Shown here: positions 51,787 through 64,000 of the stretch, piece by piece | Position numbering within the stretch: the first letter of the stretch is position 1 | Layout of the letters: every line of letters starts with the position of its first letter | Origin: Eledone cirrhosa | Taxonomy: Eukaryota | Assembly: GCA_964016885.1 (NCBI GenBank) | Contig: OZ024740.1 | Coordinates: forward strand, 191,518,001 to 191,582,000 | DNA length: 64,000 nt | Reading direction: 5' to 3' | Notes under the pieces: model-generated | Seen by the model: the letters and a program-made list of their open reading frames with translations, nothing else | Database searches by the model: none | Told to the model about the DNA's origin: nothing | Program-made: the position numbers and the translations under genes

Positions 51787-51977
51787 GGGCGCTGGATTGG
51801 CAGTATCGGTAGAGGGTCGGACACCATGCCTTGCAAGAAAGAGTTACGGCCCTTTATGATATGAGTTCAAATCCCGCCGAGGTTAAATATACCTTTCATC
51901 CTTACGGGATCGACAAAATAAAGTACAAATAATACACTGTAATAATCGCTGGCCCTATGCCAAACAGAAACAATTAT
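51787..51977 (+). mobile_element. tRNA-derived SINE
   Basis: TGGCAGTATCGG...GAGTTCAAATCCCGCCGAGG...AGAAACAATTAT. Confidence 0.88.
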
Positions 51978-52094
51978 CATATCACACTCTGACTAGATCT
52001 ACACCTCGATACTAACGTGAACCCAAACATCGAGTGCTCACCCACGTGAACCTACTTCAACTCCGTGTTACATTCCATGGATATATACACACAT

Positions 52095-52144
<50 letters not shown>

Positions 52145-54418
52145 CTGTGTGTGGGTGTGTGTGTGTGTGTGTGTGTGTGTGAGTGCGTGTATGTGTGTGC
52201 GTGCACACTCTATGACCTACCATAAATGTATTATCGAAAATATAAATCCGATATGTACGGATATGCTTTATACTCTTGCCTTCCTATGTGTGTTCTTTGC
52301 TATGTAATGAGCACCATAAATAATAAATATGAGAGTAGTATCCTGTAAAACGTTAAACGTTTGAAATCAGCAAGACATTAAGCATGGATGACGATTTATT
52401 AAATATAGAGTAGGGATTGATTAAGCAATATTAATGTTTTATGTTTCTTCCTTGCCACATTTCTGAGTATTTTCTCTTACTTTTATATTATATGCATTTT
52501 AACGATTGAACACTACTTTAAATAAGTTTTATTTTTCTATTATATACCGGAAAACATAATATATCGATGTAAATAACTAAAGGTCTGATGCAAACTAAAT
52601 ATAATTAGAAACAACTGTGATTTCAACATTACGAGTTTTCAAAATTTATTGAAATTTCTTTGAAAACCGTGTCAGATTTTTAATGTTAGAAACAATTTGT
52701 CGCTGAATTAAAGATTCACAAATGTCCTAAAATTGATATTTAAAAAAAAAACATACAGGCAAATTATCAGACGAAAAGCAACTCAAAGTATCACAGGCAA
52801 AATTTAACAAATGTCTGATTTAATGTTACATTTAAGTTAATTTCCTATTCAAGCTGTTAAATATACCTAATTTTCACACACACGCACATATATATATATA
52901 TATATAATGCCATTTTATAAACTATGTTGTAATTCTGTACAAGCGATATGTGAGATAATATGTGACATAAAACAGCATCAGTTTAATTGCTTTAATTTGT
53001 ATTTTTCATATTTAAATGGAAAGTCATATTTTCCCATAACTAATTTCCTAATCAAACATGAAACATTTCTCTGTCATATTATTTCCTTTCGCTTTTTGAG
53101 CACCCTCTGAATGCATTCTGCGAGCTTCTATGTTCTGAGATATTTAAATAGGAAATTGCAATATTTTTTCCTCGACGCCTATAGCTGTTTAAAGTATATG
53201 AGTTAATGTTTTGTAAGCATTGCTTTGAAAGGGGTCATCAGATCGTGAAGAATATTATATGTATCTTATAAGATACATACTGGCTATATTTTGAGTAGCG
53301 AAGCCAAGCTTGAGCAGCATTACTATTTTAGTGTGGCAAACATCTCTTTTAAAATGTCATAATATTACCTCGTTCTTTAGTCTCAGTGTTTTTCGTACTG
53401 TCCAGATGAGGCTAGAGCCAGCTCCTATTCCCTGTCTGCACGCAGTCTAGTGCTTCCGTTTAAGTACACTATTATTGGGCGATTACCTGGATTATCCCAC
53501 ACTAATTTTCGTATGGTATATATATATAAGGACATGATCAACACCCCGACGGCAGAGCTCAAGCCGTTACGACGGCTGTTTTCATTACCCACTATACTAC
53601 CCTAAGTATTGAGTACTCTGTTGCGTTGTGGTCCACCTGGTTCCTTACCACACTTCCTTCGTTATATATATATGTATGTGTGTGTGTGCTTATGTTTGTG
53701 GGTATGTGTCTGTGTATGTTTGTGTGTGTGTGTGTAGATATAAGTCTAGGCCCACACAATTGCCGTTGTCGGCCTATACTTCTTGACTTCCTACCAGATC
53801 TTCAATCCCACAGGAGGATAAATATACACATACCAGGAGTGAACTACAGTTCTCACCCATTATTATGTCTCTAACCTGCCCCCAAACACTACCTGTACAT
53901 GCAACGTCAGACGTCATTACTATAAGCCGGACAACCCGTTTTTGTTTATCCTTCGTTCAGTCATTGTAGCATGAAACCTTTATCATTCTTATAGAGAATA
54001 TACGAAAACCTATTCCGGAAGACCAAAGCTATTGTGCTAGTTACGGTCAACTCAACTAAATTCAGTTCTATACAAGTTTATCATCCTTATTCTGCCCAAT
54101 CATGTCAAATATTCACATATAAATAAAGAAAATTTCAGAGCACCATAAATGTGTTTCGTTTTTCAAAAATTAAATATTCATTAACCAGATTCATTTCAAA
54201 TCTAACCATCTTCTTCCTCTATTACACACTATCACGAAATACATTATGTTATTTATATATATATATATTTTTTTAGGGGGGAATTAGTTTTAGTTGGTAT
54301 ATATATTAGTAAATCTTTGAAAAAATTTCTAAGAAAAATAAAAAAATAAAATCATAACATTTCGCACACTACTGAGACAATTTTGGTAATAATTGTGTAT
54401 GCATACTTGTGAGCATAA

Positions 54419-54592
54419 TAGTTGTTTCTATTTTTGGCACAAGGCCAGCAATTACCCAGTACATTACTGGCACTTTATTTTATCGACCCCGTAAGGATGA
54501 AAGGCAAAGTTAACCTCGGAGGGATTTGAACTCAGACCTTAACGGGCCCTAACTCTTTGCTGCAAAGCATGGCGCCAGACACTCTACCGGTA
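54419..54592 (-). mobile_element. tRNA-derived SINE
   Basis: Same family, reverse orientation. Confidence 0.88.
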
Positions 54593-54609
54593 GCATAATA
54601 ATACAAGAA

Positions 54610-57600
54610 AGTTTTATGAGACATACTGAGGAAAATATGTGGGAAACTTTGCAAAAAATAATCGAACATATTCAGCAGAAGTTTCGATGAAAATGTGATT
54701 TTGATGAAATTTATTTGAATAAAATTTGATGAGTTTTTAATAATATATTGAGGGAAATATTAAGAAATGTTTTAGGAAATATTTTAAAAGATTTGGGAAA
54801 CATTTGAAAAATATGTAAAGATGATTCAAATATTAATTATCTAATACCTAGGGAGGTGGATTGGCAGAATTGGTAGAGGGTTGGACATGCTTTCCAGCAT
54901 AGTTATGTCCCTTTATGATCTGAGTTCAAATCCCGCCAAGGTTAACTTTGCCTTTCATCCTTACGAGGTCGATAAAATATCTGGGTAATTGCTGGCCTTG
55001 TGCCGAAAGTAGAAACAATTGATTATCTAATACCTAGTTTATGACGATTACATACAATATATTATTTTTCAAGTCTAACAGTCTTCTTGATTTGTTACAC
55101 TCTGTCACTAAATCCTTTTATTCTAATAAAAGATTTATTTTTCTAATAAAAGATTTAATAAAAACTACATAAAATGTCTTTCGTTGATCGTAGTGGAAAT
55201 GTTGTAGAGGCCATATAGTGTTGGCGATTGTGGTGGCGGCGAGGAGAGAAGGGACAAAGGGGATAACACGATTTTTCAGATTTTGCGAAAACAAATCAAA
55301 GCCTTTCAAAAGAAAACATTCATGAAGATTGCCCTTAAATCATTTTGGAAAAAAAGATTGTTAATAGAATCTTAAGGAATATTTGGGTAGAAACATTTTA
55401 AAGCTTAGAAATATTTTGAAGACAACACTTGTTGAAATAAATAAAGGCAGTAAAGTTTTAGATGAATTTAAACAAAAGATTATTTTTGTTTTATTATTGG
55501 AAAAAAACTGAAAGAATTATGTCAATTATTCTAAAATAATATTTATAGAAGTAAAAGCAACAAATTTAGGAAAATGTTGCGGAAATATTTGAGAAGAATT
55601 TTCTAAAATATTCAGAAAATATTTCGACTAAGATGTGGTGATAATGTATTACAAACAATTTTGATGATATTTAAAAAAAAAGATATGTGAACATTTTCGG
55701 TAAGGTTTTGATAAAATTCGTCTAAACATTTAAAACTATAATACGAATGGTAATTATCTGATAAATGGTTTGGGATCATTACTTTAAATGAGTTTTCATA
55801 TCTAGACATCTGATTCCTCTGATAAACGTTATCCCATGTATTTTATTTCATATGTTTTCAAATACACTTTTCAATAGTAATACTTTACAAATTCAATCGG
55901 TGATCCTAGAGGGAAAAATGGGATCGTGAAGTTGTTTGTAATGACCAGGGTAAAATAAGAAAGAAATGGAACAAAATGATTCACGTTATGAAAAATTGAA
56001 CCTTTACTTAAAATATTTTTTTTTTTTCAAATCATCCCCAATAAAATTTGTCAAATAATTCATCAAAAGATTCCCTACTTTTTTCAAACATTTTAGTCAA
56101 ACGTTTCTGAAACATTTTGCAAGATATCTCCTGATATTTTAGAAAAAATATTAAAGATTCTTCAAAAAAATTCCGCAAAAGTATTTAAATTATTTTCTCA
56201 AAATATTTTGGAAATCTTCATTTCGAAATATTTTAGAAAGGGTTTTTAAATATTTGAGAAATTCTGGGAAACTCCTTGATGAAATGTTAAAGAAAAATAT
56301 GTAAAAAGTTTTGGAGAATCTTTTTGAAGGTTTTCTTAAAACTATCGTTAAACTTTTGGAATATGTTTTTAAATATGTTGCAAAATATTTTTAATAGATT
56401 CGAAAACGCTTTAAAAAGATTTGAATATATTTCAAAGACATACAGAAGGTGAATCTTTTTAGAAATATTTCAGTAAATGTTTAAAAAGAAATTAAAAACA
56501 ACAAAATAACATTCGAAAATTATTGAAACAATTTTGGTAATACTTTTTAAAGGATATATGTTGAGAATTTGAATAAACATTTAAAGAAAATGTTAATGAA
56601 TATTTACGAACCTATTCATTATAACGTTTTATATATATGGCTTGCGGTTAGTTAAAATATTTATGATTTTTTAAAGGAATTTTAAGAAAAATAATCATAC
56701 TAATAAATATCTGATAGTTTGAGAATGTTCCTTAAGTAACTTTCAAATATTTATATTATTTTTTGCAGATATACGTTTGAAAAGAAACAGTTTGAAATTT
56801 ATTTCAGTTCACTTATTTGGTGTGATGGTGGTAAAAGTAATCCAGACGAGATGGTGGTGGTAGTGAACATGTATGTGGATGCCACGGTGAAGTAAAGGGA
56901 AATACATAACTTATGAAATTTGTATTATGGGAAAGAAACGTAGACAGTTTCACATGAAGCCTGGCTTAATGCTTGAATAACGCTTTTATTAAGGTTTTCC
57001 CAAACGTTTATCTCCAGATTTCTGGAATATTATCATAACAGATTCTGGAAAGTTAGCAAATTTTTTTTGAATTGTTTTGTATAATCTCATTGAAAAATTC
57101 TTAACAATCCCTCACAAGCTTTTATATAATATTTCCTTCAAAACATTTTTGTAAAATGTTCAACTCTAGATCAGGATATATCGAACATATAACTTATATA
57201 TATCAGTGAAAAGTATCACTAGAATTCTGACACAGTAATCATGGATATCTTTTGAAAGTTTCAAAATCATTTTTCAAATTTATTTCACAAAATTTCTGAA
57301 AAATAATAAGAAATATATATGAACATTTTCTCCAGATTTTTGAGAAATGATTCTCGTCTTAAAGATGTTGAGGAACATTTCAAAAAATATTAATTAAGAA
57401 ACATGTTAGGGAAATTATTTTTCAAATTTCTTCGAATATATTTTGATACTTCGAGAACATTTTTGACACATTTTAAAATTTCTTTTCTTCAAGAATTTGA
57501 AGAAATCTTTGTTGTAATTTCTTAAATATTTATTTAAAAGGATTTCATGAACATTTTATTCAAAATCCTCTAAACAATTCCCCAAATATTAATAACAGAT

Positions 57601-59490
57601 TTTCCTAAAAATGTTTCTGAAATATTTTGATTAAAAACTTCTTAACATTTTCTGAAAAATCTTTAAAACATTTCATCAAACATTTCTAAAGTTCAAATTT
57701 CCCCGAAATATATTTTTCCCATTTCCTGGGAAAAACATGAAAAATGTATTCTAAATTGTTTTCAAGTATATCAGAAATCTACATTTTGTTTATCAAAATA
57801 TTTCGTAAAAGAAACGGAGAAAAATATTTCAGAAATCTGGAGTAATTTTCGAAAGAATTATTAGTGAAATTATTTGAAAGTAATTTTGAAATAATGTAAA
57901 AAAAATTTTCAGGAAATTTAAGGGCCATTTAAAGTAACATTTTGTTGAAATTTCCTGGAAAACTTTGAGTACATTCGAAAATTTTAGAGTAATAAATTTA
58001 TGAAAATGTTGACGAAGGTTTTATTTTTAATTAATCAGGAATCTAAAAAATATATATTTGAAAAAAGAGAACTTAATTTGGGAAGAAGGTTTTGAGTATA
58101 TTTTCATTAAAATCTTTGTAAAATTTCATTTAAGGGAAAATACACGAACATTTTCAGAAAAAGCTTTGAAAAATGATGGTGGTGACTTCGAAGGGGAAAA
58201 TGAGGCACAGAACAAATTGCGAATGTAAAACTTGTTCGTTCTACATGAAAATGATCACAAAGTTTTTCTTCCAAATATTAGAAAGTTTTCATCAAATCAT
58301 TTCTGCTACATTTCTAGACATCGATTTGTTGCAATTTTGATTAAAATATTCACAAACGAAATTGAGATGAATCAAAATATTTCTTAACAAATATCACCAA
58401 CCTTCCACTATATTTCCTTCAAATCATTTTCTGAATATGTACCAACATACTCCGCAAGTGTTTTCTTGAATTTTTCTAAGATTTTAATGAAGATGTTTCT
58501 CAAACATTTCTCCCATATTTAAAGGCGTTATCAAATCTTTCATGAATTCTTTTCTCAAAAATGTTCAAAGTCATTATCAAAATGTTTAATAAATTTTGTT
58601 TAAAGTCTTTTTCAATGGCTCTCAATGTTTTCTGAACAACTTCAACAAAACTGTTCTTTAAATGAACTTTAACAAATTTCTTTAAAATGTTCTTTAAGCC
58701 TTTATCAAAGTTTGTCAATCAATTTAACCAATACCTCTCTCAAAAATTAATCCAGACCTCTGAAATAATTTTCTGATTTCTTTTTACGAACATTTTGATA
58801 AAAATCCTAAGAAAAGGAAATTTCTGAGAAACTTTAAGAAGATTTTAAAATAAAAATTTGATTATTTGCTCCGAGAATTTAGGTAACATATTTCAGGGAA
58901 CATATAAATTTCAGAAGAAAATGGTGAACATTTTTAATGATTTTTAGTAATATATAAAATTTTCAGATATTTGAACCATAATATTTGAGAAATGTTTTCA
59001 GTTATTTTGAGAAAAGGTTTGAAAAATATTGTTTTAATTGATACAGCACACGTATTCAGAGATGAAATAACACTGTGAGAAATATAATCACATGACCTTT
59101 TTTATTATATCATATGATAATGTTAGTTGTAAATAATCCATTACTGTTATATGATTATCTTTCTCTTCTAATTATGGTTATAAACGTATATGTTGCAGAT
59201 GTATAAAGCAAATTATATACCTGTAACTGTAAGGTGCGTAATGTGAACAACCTGGTGTTTTTACTGTTGTGGTTTATCAACGTATGAAGTGAATTCCAAT
59301 CGGCAACGAATAGAAAGAAACCTACAGAAAGAGGAGACACAAATAATAATGTGAACACAAATTTGAAAAAAAATATTAAGAAACATTTCAGTAAGATTAT
59401 CCAAATATTTGAGAAAACCTTTCGCGAAAAATGTGTGGAATAATTGCTGAAATTGATTAGAAAACATTTTGATTAAAATATTAAGGATAA
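54610..59490. repeat. Degenerate AT-rich low-complexity repeat field in alternating orientation
   Basis: Recurrent AAATATTT/AACATTTT/TTTGAGAA words, in blocks alternately G-rich and C-rich on the + strand. Confidence 0.6.
54852..55020 (+). mobile_element. tRNA-derived SINE
   Basis: TGGCAGAATTGG...GAGTTCAAATCC...AGAAACAATT. Confidence 0.88.
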
Positions 59491-60300
59491 TGTTTGACTT
59501 GGAATATGATACTGCTTTAGATGCACTATCCTATTTTATAATGCTACGGTGAAAACAACAATTGAAAACTCCCTCATGCAAATGTTACCAGAGGTTAATT
59601 TAGCTTCATCAACCATTCATTACAATTTTTAGGAACTTGAAATTATATGTAAGCTTGGTCAGTTGATTTCTCATGAACAGAGTGAAAACAATCGAAGAGA
59701 ATGCGTTATCATCTGCAGTGATCTCCATTCTCGAGAGTGTAAATCTCCATTTTTGAACTGTAATCGATGATGAAATGTGGACACACTGTGAGCATTTTAA
59801 AAGCAGTATGTTCGATCAGAAAAAGCAAAACCTCATCTGAAACAAGATTCTTATCCCCATCAGGCTTTCTTAAGGGTTTCGCTTGAACATGATGGATGCC
59901 ATACACTTTGAAACATGGCCACAAAAGCAGGTAATCACTGCTCAAGTGTACTTTGAACAATTCGATCGATTGAATGAACATTTGACTTTCTAGTAAATAA
60001 AGGAACTTTCTAGATATTCGAAAATGTGTTATGACGAGAAACCCCGGGCGCAAAGAGCAATACCTTTCTGCTCTAACATTGATATTATCCTGATCTTGAT
60101 CATTCAAATTAGCATTTAGTTCAATGTTTGTAACATTTTATTAAGTCTACAATTCATTAGACCAACGCAACTTTTACCCTCAACAACTATTGATTTCTAT
60201 TCGAATGGCATGGAAATCTTTTAAGCGTTTGACAAATGATATTGGCATAGATGGGGAATATATACGTGATTAAATTAATGCCTAACGTATCTTTGTATCT
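59490..60300 (+). mobile_element. Highly decayed mariner-type transposase remnant
   Basis: C-terminal remnants resembling (S)PDL..S.YHL, FY.NG...L..R....I..DGEY at ~60085-60262; no open frame. Confidence 0.55.
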
Positions 60301-61599
60301 CTTCAAAACCGCTTACCAAAGTGACTTTATTTTTGGGAAGACGTGATGAATATTGAACTCACATATTCATTTAAATTATTGTTTCTAATATAAAGAAAAA
60401 GGATTTAGTTTGCCAAGAATTGATAATAAGAAAAGCATTATTTTGTTTTGATATAAAAGTTAATGAAGTTATTAATGAGAGACTAAATAAGAGATAAGTA
60501 TTAGACCGTTTCTGCTACAATGCTTATCTGTGACAACCAGATGATAAATAATGTTCTTGCTATAACCTTCAATTGAACTAAATCTCTAATTTGCTTTTTC
60601 ACTTATACATATTTTGTTTCTGTAAGCAGCAGGTGTTTTGAATAAATATTCATCTATGGAGATGTTTTAATTTCATATAATTTTCTTTTTCTTTTCGATT
60701 AACTGAGGTAAGGAGATTAAGGTTCACCTTCTTAGAAAATGATTGCATATTCTTCGAAATACCTACTCACCACTATGTGTTCTCCAATCACAAGACGGCA
60801 ATAATTCAAAATGGATATGAGCTAAATTTACCTAGAGCAAGTTAGCTCGAACTCTCTTTTAAAAGAGAAAATAGAAGATAAAAGACAGGTGTATCAAGAT
60901 TTCACAGATTAATACTTAATAAAAAAATAATAATTTGGAATTTCAATGTTTAGTTTGGCAACAAGTGTGAAAATGTAATATGCATCACACTTTGGCTGAT
61001 AGTGTGCGTTTAATTTATATTTGCACTAGATCATGACTAGACATGTAACACAGAGGATAACACCTCAGATGCTGGAATCTCAAATGTGACAAATGTGAAA
61101 AAGAACTCAAACGTGACAAGGCCTCAGGGGAGGGTGAAATTAATTTCGAGATATTAAATGCCTTACATAGAGAAGGGAATACGCGGTTGATTTGTGCCCG
61201 GTGGCCTGGATATGTGGAAGATCACCTAAGTAATGGCAATCGGGGGCGATAATCACAATTAGCAAAGATGGAGACGTGTGATTTCTCCAATTATAGAGGG
61301 AAAACCACTAAGAATTAGGCAAATAAAGTTAGGAATATTCATTAACCCAAACTAGCCAAGAAACAAGGTAGTTTTTACCATGGACGCAGCAAGGCTAACC
61401 AAATATTTACACCCCAGCCGGTCTTTCAGAAAGCCTGGCAATAATGCGAACAGCTGTATAATTTGAAAGGACATATGACAGCGTATTACCTGACTTATTT
61501 GGAAGACTGCATGAGTATGGGATCGATGGACAGCTTTCTATTTCCTTGATGCATCTAAACGCATCCCCTAATATATTTGTTTGGGTGAATGTAGGTGTC

Positions 61600-62270
61600 G
61601 GACTCCGCCAAAGTTGCGTTCTCTCCCTTCTCTAGCCAGTGTGGAAGTAGGATCATTGGCTTGAATTTGCGAATGACAGGCTATTACTTAACTCGACAGG
61701 AGATGACCAAACACAAACACTTGAGAATGTTATCAGACACTCGTTCTTTCAGGGAAGCCTCTGCAATGCACTCTACATATAAATGAAGATCCACTGAAAT
61801 GATGGATAAGTTCAAGAATGTCGAGTCTGTGTTCACTAGTTGTGCAAGACAGGAGGTTGAATCAGGTGCAATAATTACAAAACAGAATGCATCGTTGCAC
61901 AAGCGTCAGCAATCTGCGATCAAAACAAGAGTGTAAGGCTGAAAAGCTAAGTCGCTATCTTCAATTCAGGTTAACCCTTCCTTATGGTCATGAATCTTAT
62001 ATAATGACTGAGAGAATACAAATACAAGAAGCTGAAATTGGGTTCCTCTGAAGGATCTTTGCTGTAACGATAGTTGACAGATGGCGTAACTCAAATACCA
62101 AAGACTCACTCTAGGTAGATTAAGTACGTTTCCTTATCAAGAGATCACAGTTCCCTTATTATGTGCATGTGGTAAGAATGTCTAAGAAAACGGCAAGATA
62201 ACTAGGGGTAGACCTCGTCCAAGATCGTTGTATAACAACCACGAGCTCAGCGTATTTGGCTTAAGGATCT
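61600..62270 (+). mobile_element. Decayed RTE-clade (Rex3/Expander-like) LINE fragment
   Basis: 61980-62056 reads YGHES..MTER..IQEAEIGFL.RI, followed by RSQ..YY.HVVRM and RGRPR-like remnants. Confidence 0.6.
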
Positions 62271-62289
62271 TGGCAGATCAATTTAAGAT

Positions 62290-63200
62290 GGTTGCTTCTG
62301 ATAGTATGCTTGAATGTGTGATTGAGGACGCTGTCTCGGCGACACTCACATGAATATTGGGCAATGAGGGAGGAAAATACATCCCCGTATTTAAATATTT
62401 TATCACTTGTAAAGTTTCTAAGAATTATCGGAATATCAGAAAGTATTATTTGAAATTGTATTATTTGAAAAAGCCATCTACATGAGGAGACATGAATCCC
62501 ATCGCAATCAACTTTTATATTCATTGACTTCTGAGTGATAAATTAAATGACAATTGAGTACTGCGTCCATTCCTCCTATCTCATTTTCTCTGGCTTATAC
62601 CTGTTATTCTTGGATCAAATCTTTTCCTATTACATCATGCAGATTTTGGACGAGATCTGCTTTAAGTACACGCGTGACTGTGGAATGCTTCGCCACTGAT
62701 CTGTTAATTTGTAGATTAGGAATTTATCTAGTCAAACATTGGATGGCTCATTGATGAAATTAAAAGACGACCAACCTTATAATTTACTCATTGGCTTATC
62801 ACAGTATGTTTGTTAACAGCGATGTTAGCATGTGTGTTCCATTTTTACACAGGCACACTCAGTTATCTGAAAAAGAGATTTAGGTCAAGATCGGATGTTT
62901 CTAGGTTTTATGCCTTTACTCTACACATAGATCATGTCTTACCCAGAAATGTTGAATGAAAATAGTTATACAGAACCTCAACAGATGGATAGCACTTTAT
63001 TTGGGGGTAGTAGATTAAATACATTTTCTTCTTTTGCAAGTATTTGCATATGATCTAAGGTCACATCATTTTTTTTCATTTACTCCCATTAGTCTATGAA
63101 GCTTTTGAAAAAAACATGTCTGTTTTTGAATAAGCCACTACATCTCCATTAAAATAGCAATAGCCATAATCGTTATGACCCACTTATAGAAGTTATTACT
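62290..63200 (-). mobile_element. Possible very old LINE RT remnant
   Basis: Minus-strand GD..S.L...IF-like motif at ~62350-62388 and KAF-like motif at ~63100. Weak. Confidence 0.3.
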
Positions 63201-64000
63201 GAATGTGATACTTCCCTCTTGCTCCAAGCTATATTTATGTTAAACGTTGAAATCCTGAATTGCTAGACAAATACCCATTCCATTGTCCTCTATATAGATA
63301 TCTTCACGATGTAGAACAAATGTCAAGAAACTATCCATCTAACTATGTTTGTGTTTCATTAGTACCTAATCACCTCAAGAGGCAAGTGTAGAAAATGATA
63401 CAATTGACGTGGCTCCCCCGGAATATTAAATATAGGAAGTAAATCTCTAATGTCAAATACTCCCATCAAGACATTTTAACAAACTCATGTTTTGATGATG
63501 CCTTAACTTGATTATGTTAATGAATGGGCCACTCTATTCGTATTTGTCTTGCTGAAAATAACAGTCAATATCTCTTAAATAATAGATTATTTTTTATTCT
63601 ATATATTCAGGAACATGAGGGTAGTCACTAAGACCCTTTTCAAGGCTTGTGAGACTGGTGAGGGAAGGGATATATCCCCAAACAAGGTAGATGACAAAAA
63701 TACATACAGCATAGTGAACTCTGCTAAAGGAAAAATCAATGCAAAGATGGCGATGTTAAATATATTAATAATTTTCTTCTAACAAGCAAGCAACTTAAGT
63801 TAAGATACATTGGATTAAATGTGTAAACTATACTATACAATATGTCCTGCAGACAATGACCAGCGACACCCACTGTAACAGCGGCCACAACTTGTTTGGG
63901 GTCCTTCCTCTGACGGTTTACTGATGATCTGATTTCACAGAGTAGCTCTGGAAACTAACATTTCAGATTAGTTCTGCAGAGCGTTGGATGGGGGCATCAC

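Larger units (their letters stand above)
51300..52080 (+). mobile_element. Probable Penelope-type 3' terminal remnant interrupted by a SINE
   Basis: CA-rich UTR-like segment, hammerhead at 51659-51743, tail ending GTGAACCTAC..CAACTCC..GTTACA.TC..TGG|ATATAT. The tail recurs at 51167-51240. Confidence 0.55.

Overview
AT-rich, microsatellite-dense eukaryotic DNA with no recognisable host exon. The tRNA-derived SINE body (GTTCAAATCCCGCCGAGGT..TTTGCCTTTCATCCTT.CGGGGTCGATAAAATAAAG) resembles octopod cephalopod SINEs, which is an inference. Positions 1-21 kb hold a pile-up of decayed non-LTR retrotransposons at (ATT/TAA)n: two R4/Dong-type RLE elements (- strand), two L1/Tx1-type elements (+ strand) and SINEs. 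At 21.5-24.8 kb is a near-complete Penelope-like element (RT plus C-terminal GIY-YIG) between (TA)n tracts, with a hammerhead-like ribozyme near its 3' end. The most striking signal is a set of at least five non-coding, mutually unrelated palindromic or tandem-plus-inverted mini-elements in (TA)n tracts (25.3-26.0, 27.4-27.8, 27.9-28.1, 44.5-45.5 and 48.5-50.8 kb). Each carries a type I hammerhead fold, or a remnant of one, on both strands, and several have unusual core variants (U10.1-U11.1, U3-A8, CUGUGAUGUA). The rest is RTE, CRE, mariner and Helitron remnants, SINEs and a strand-alternating low-complexity region. All folds and coordinates were read by eye, so element boundaries are approximate.
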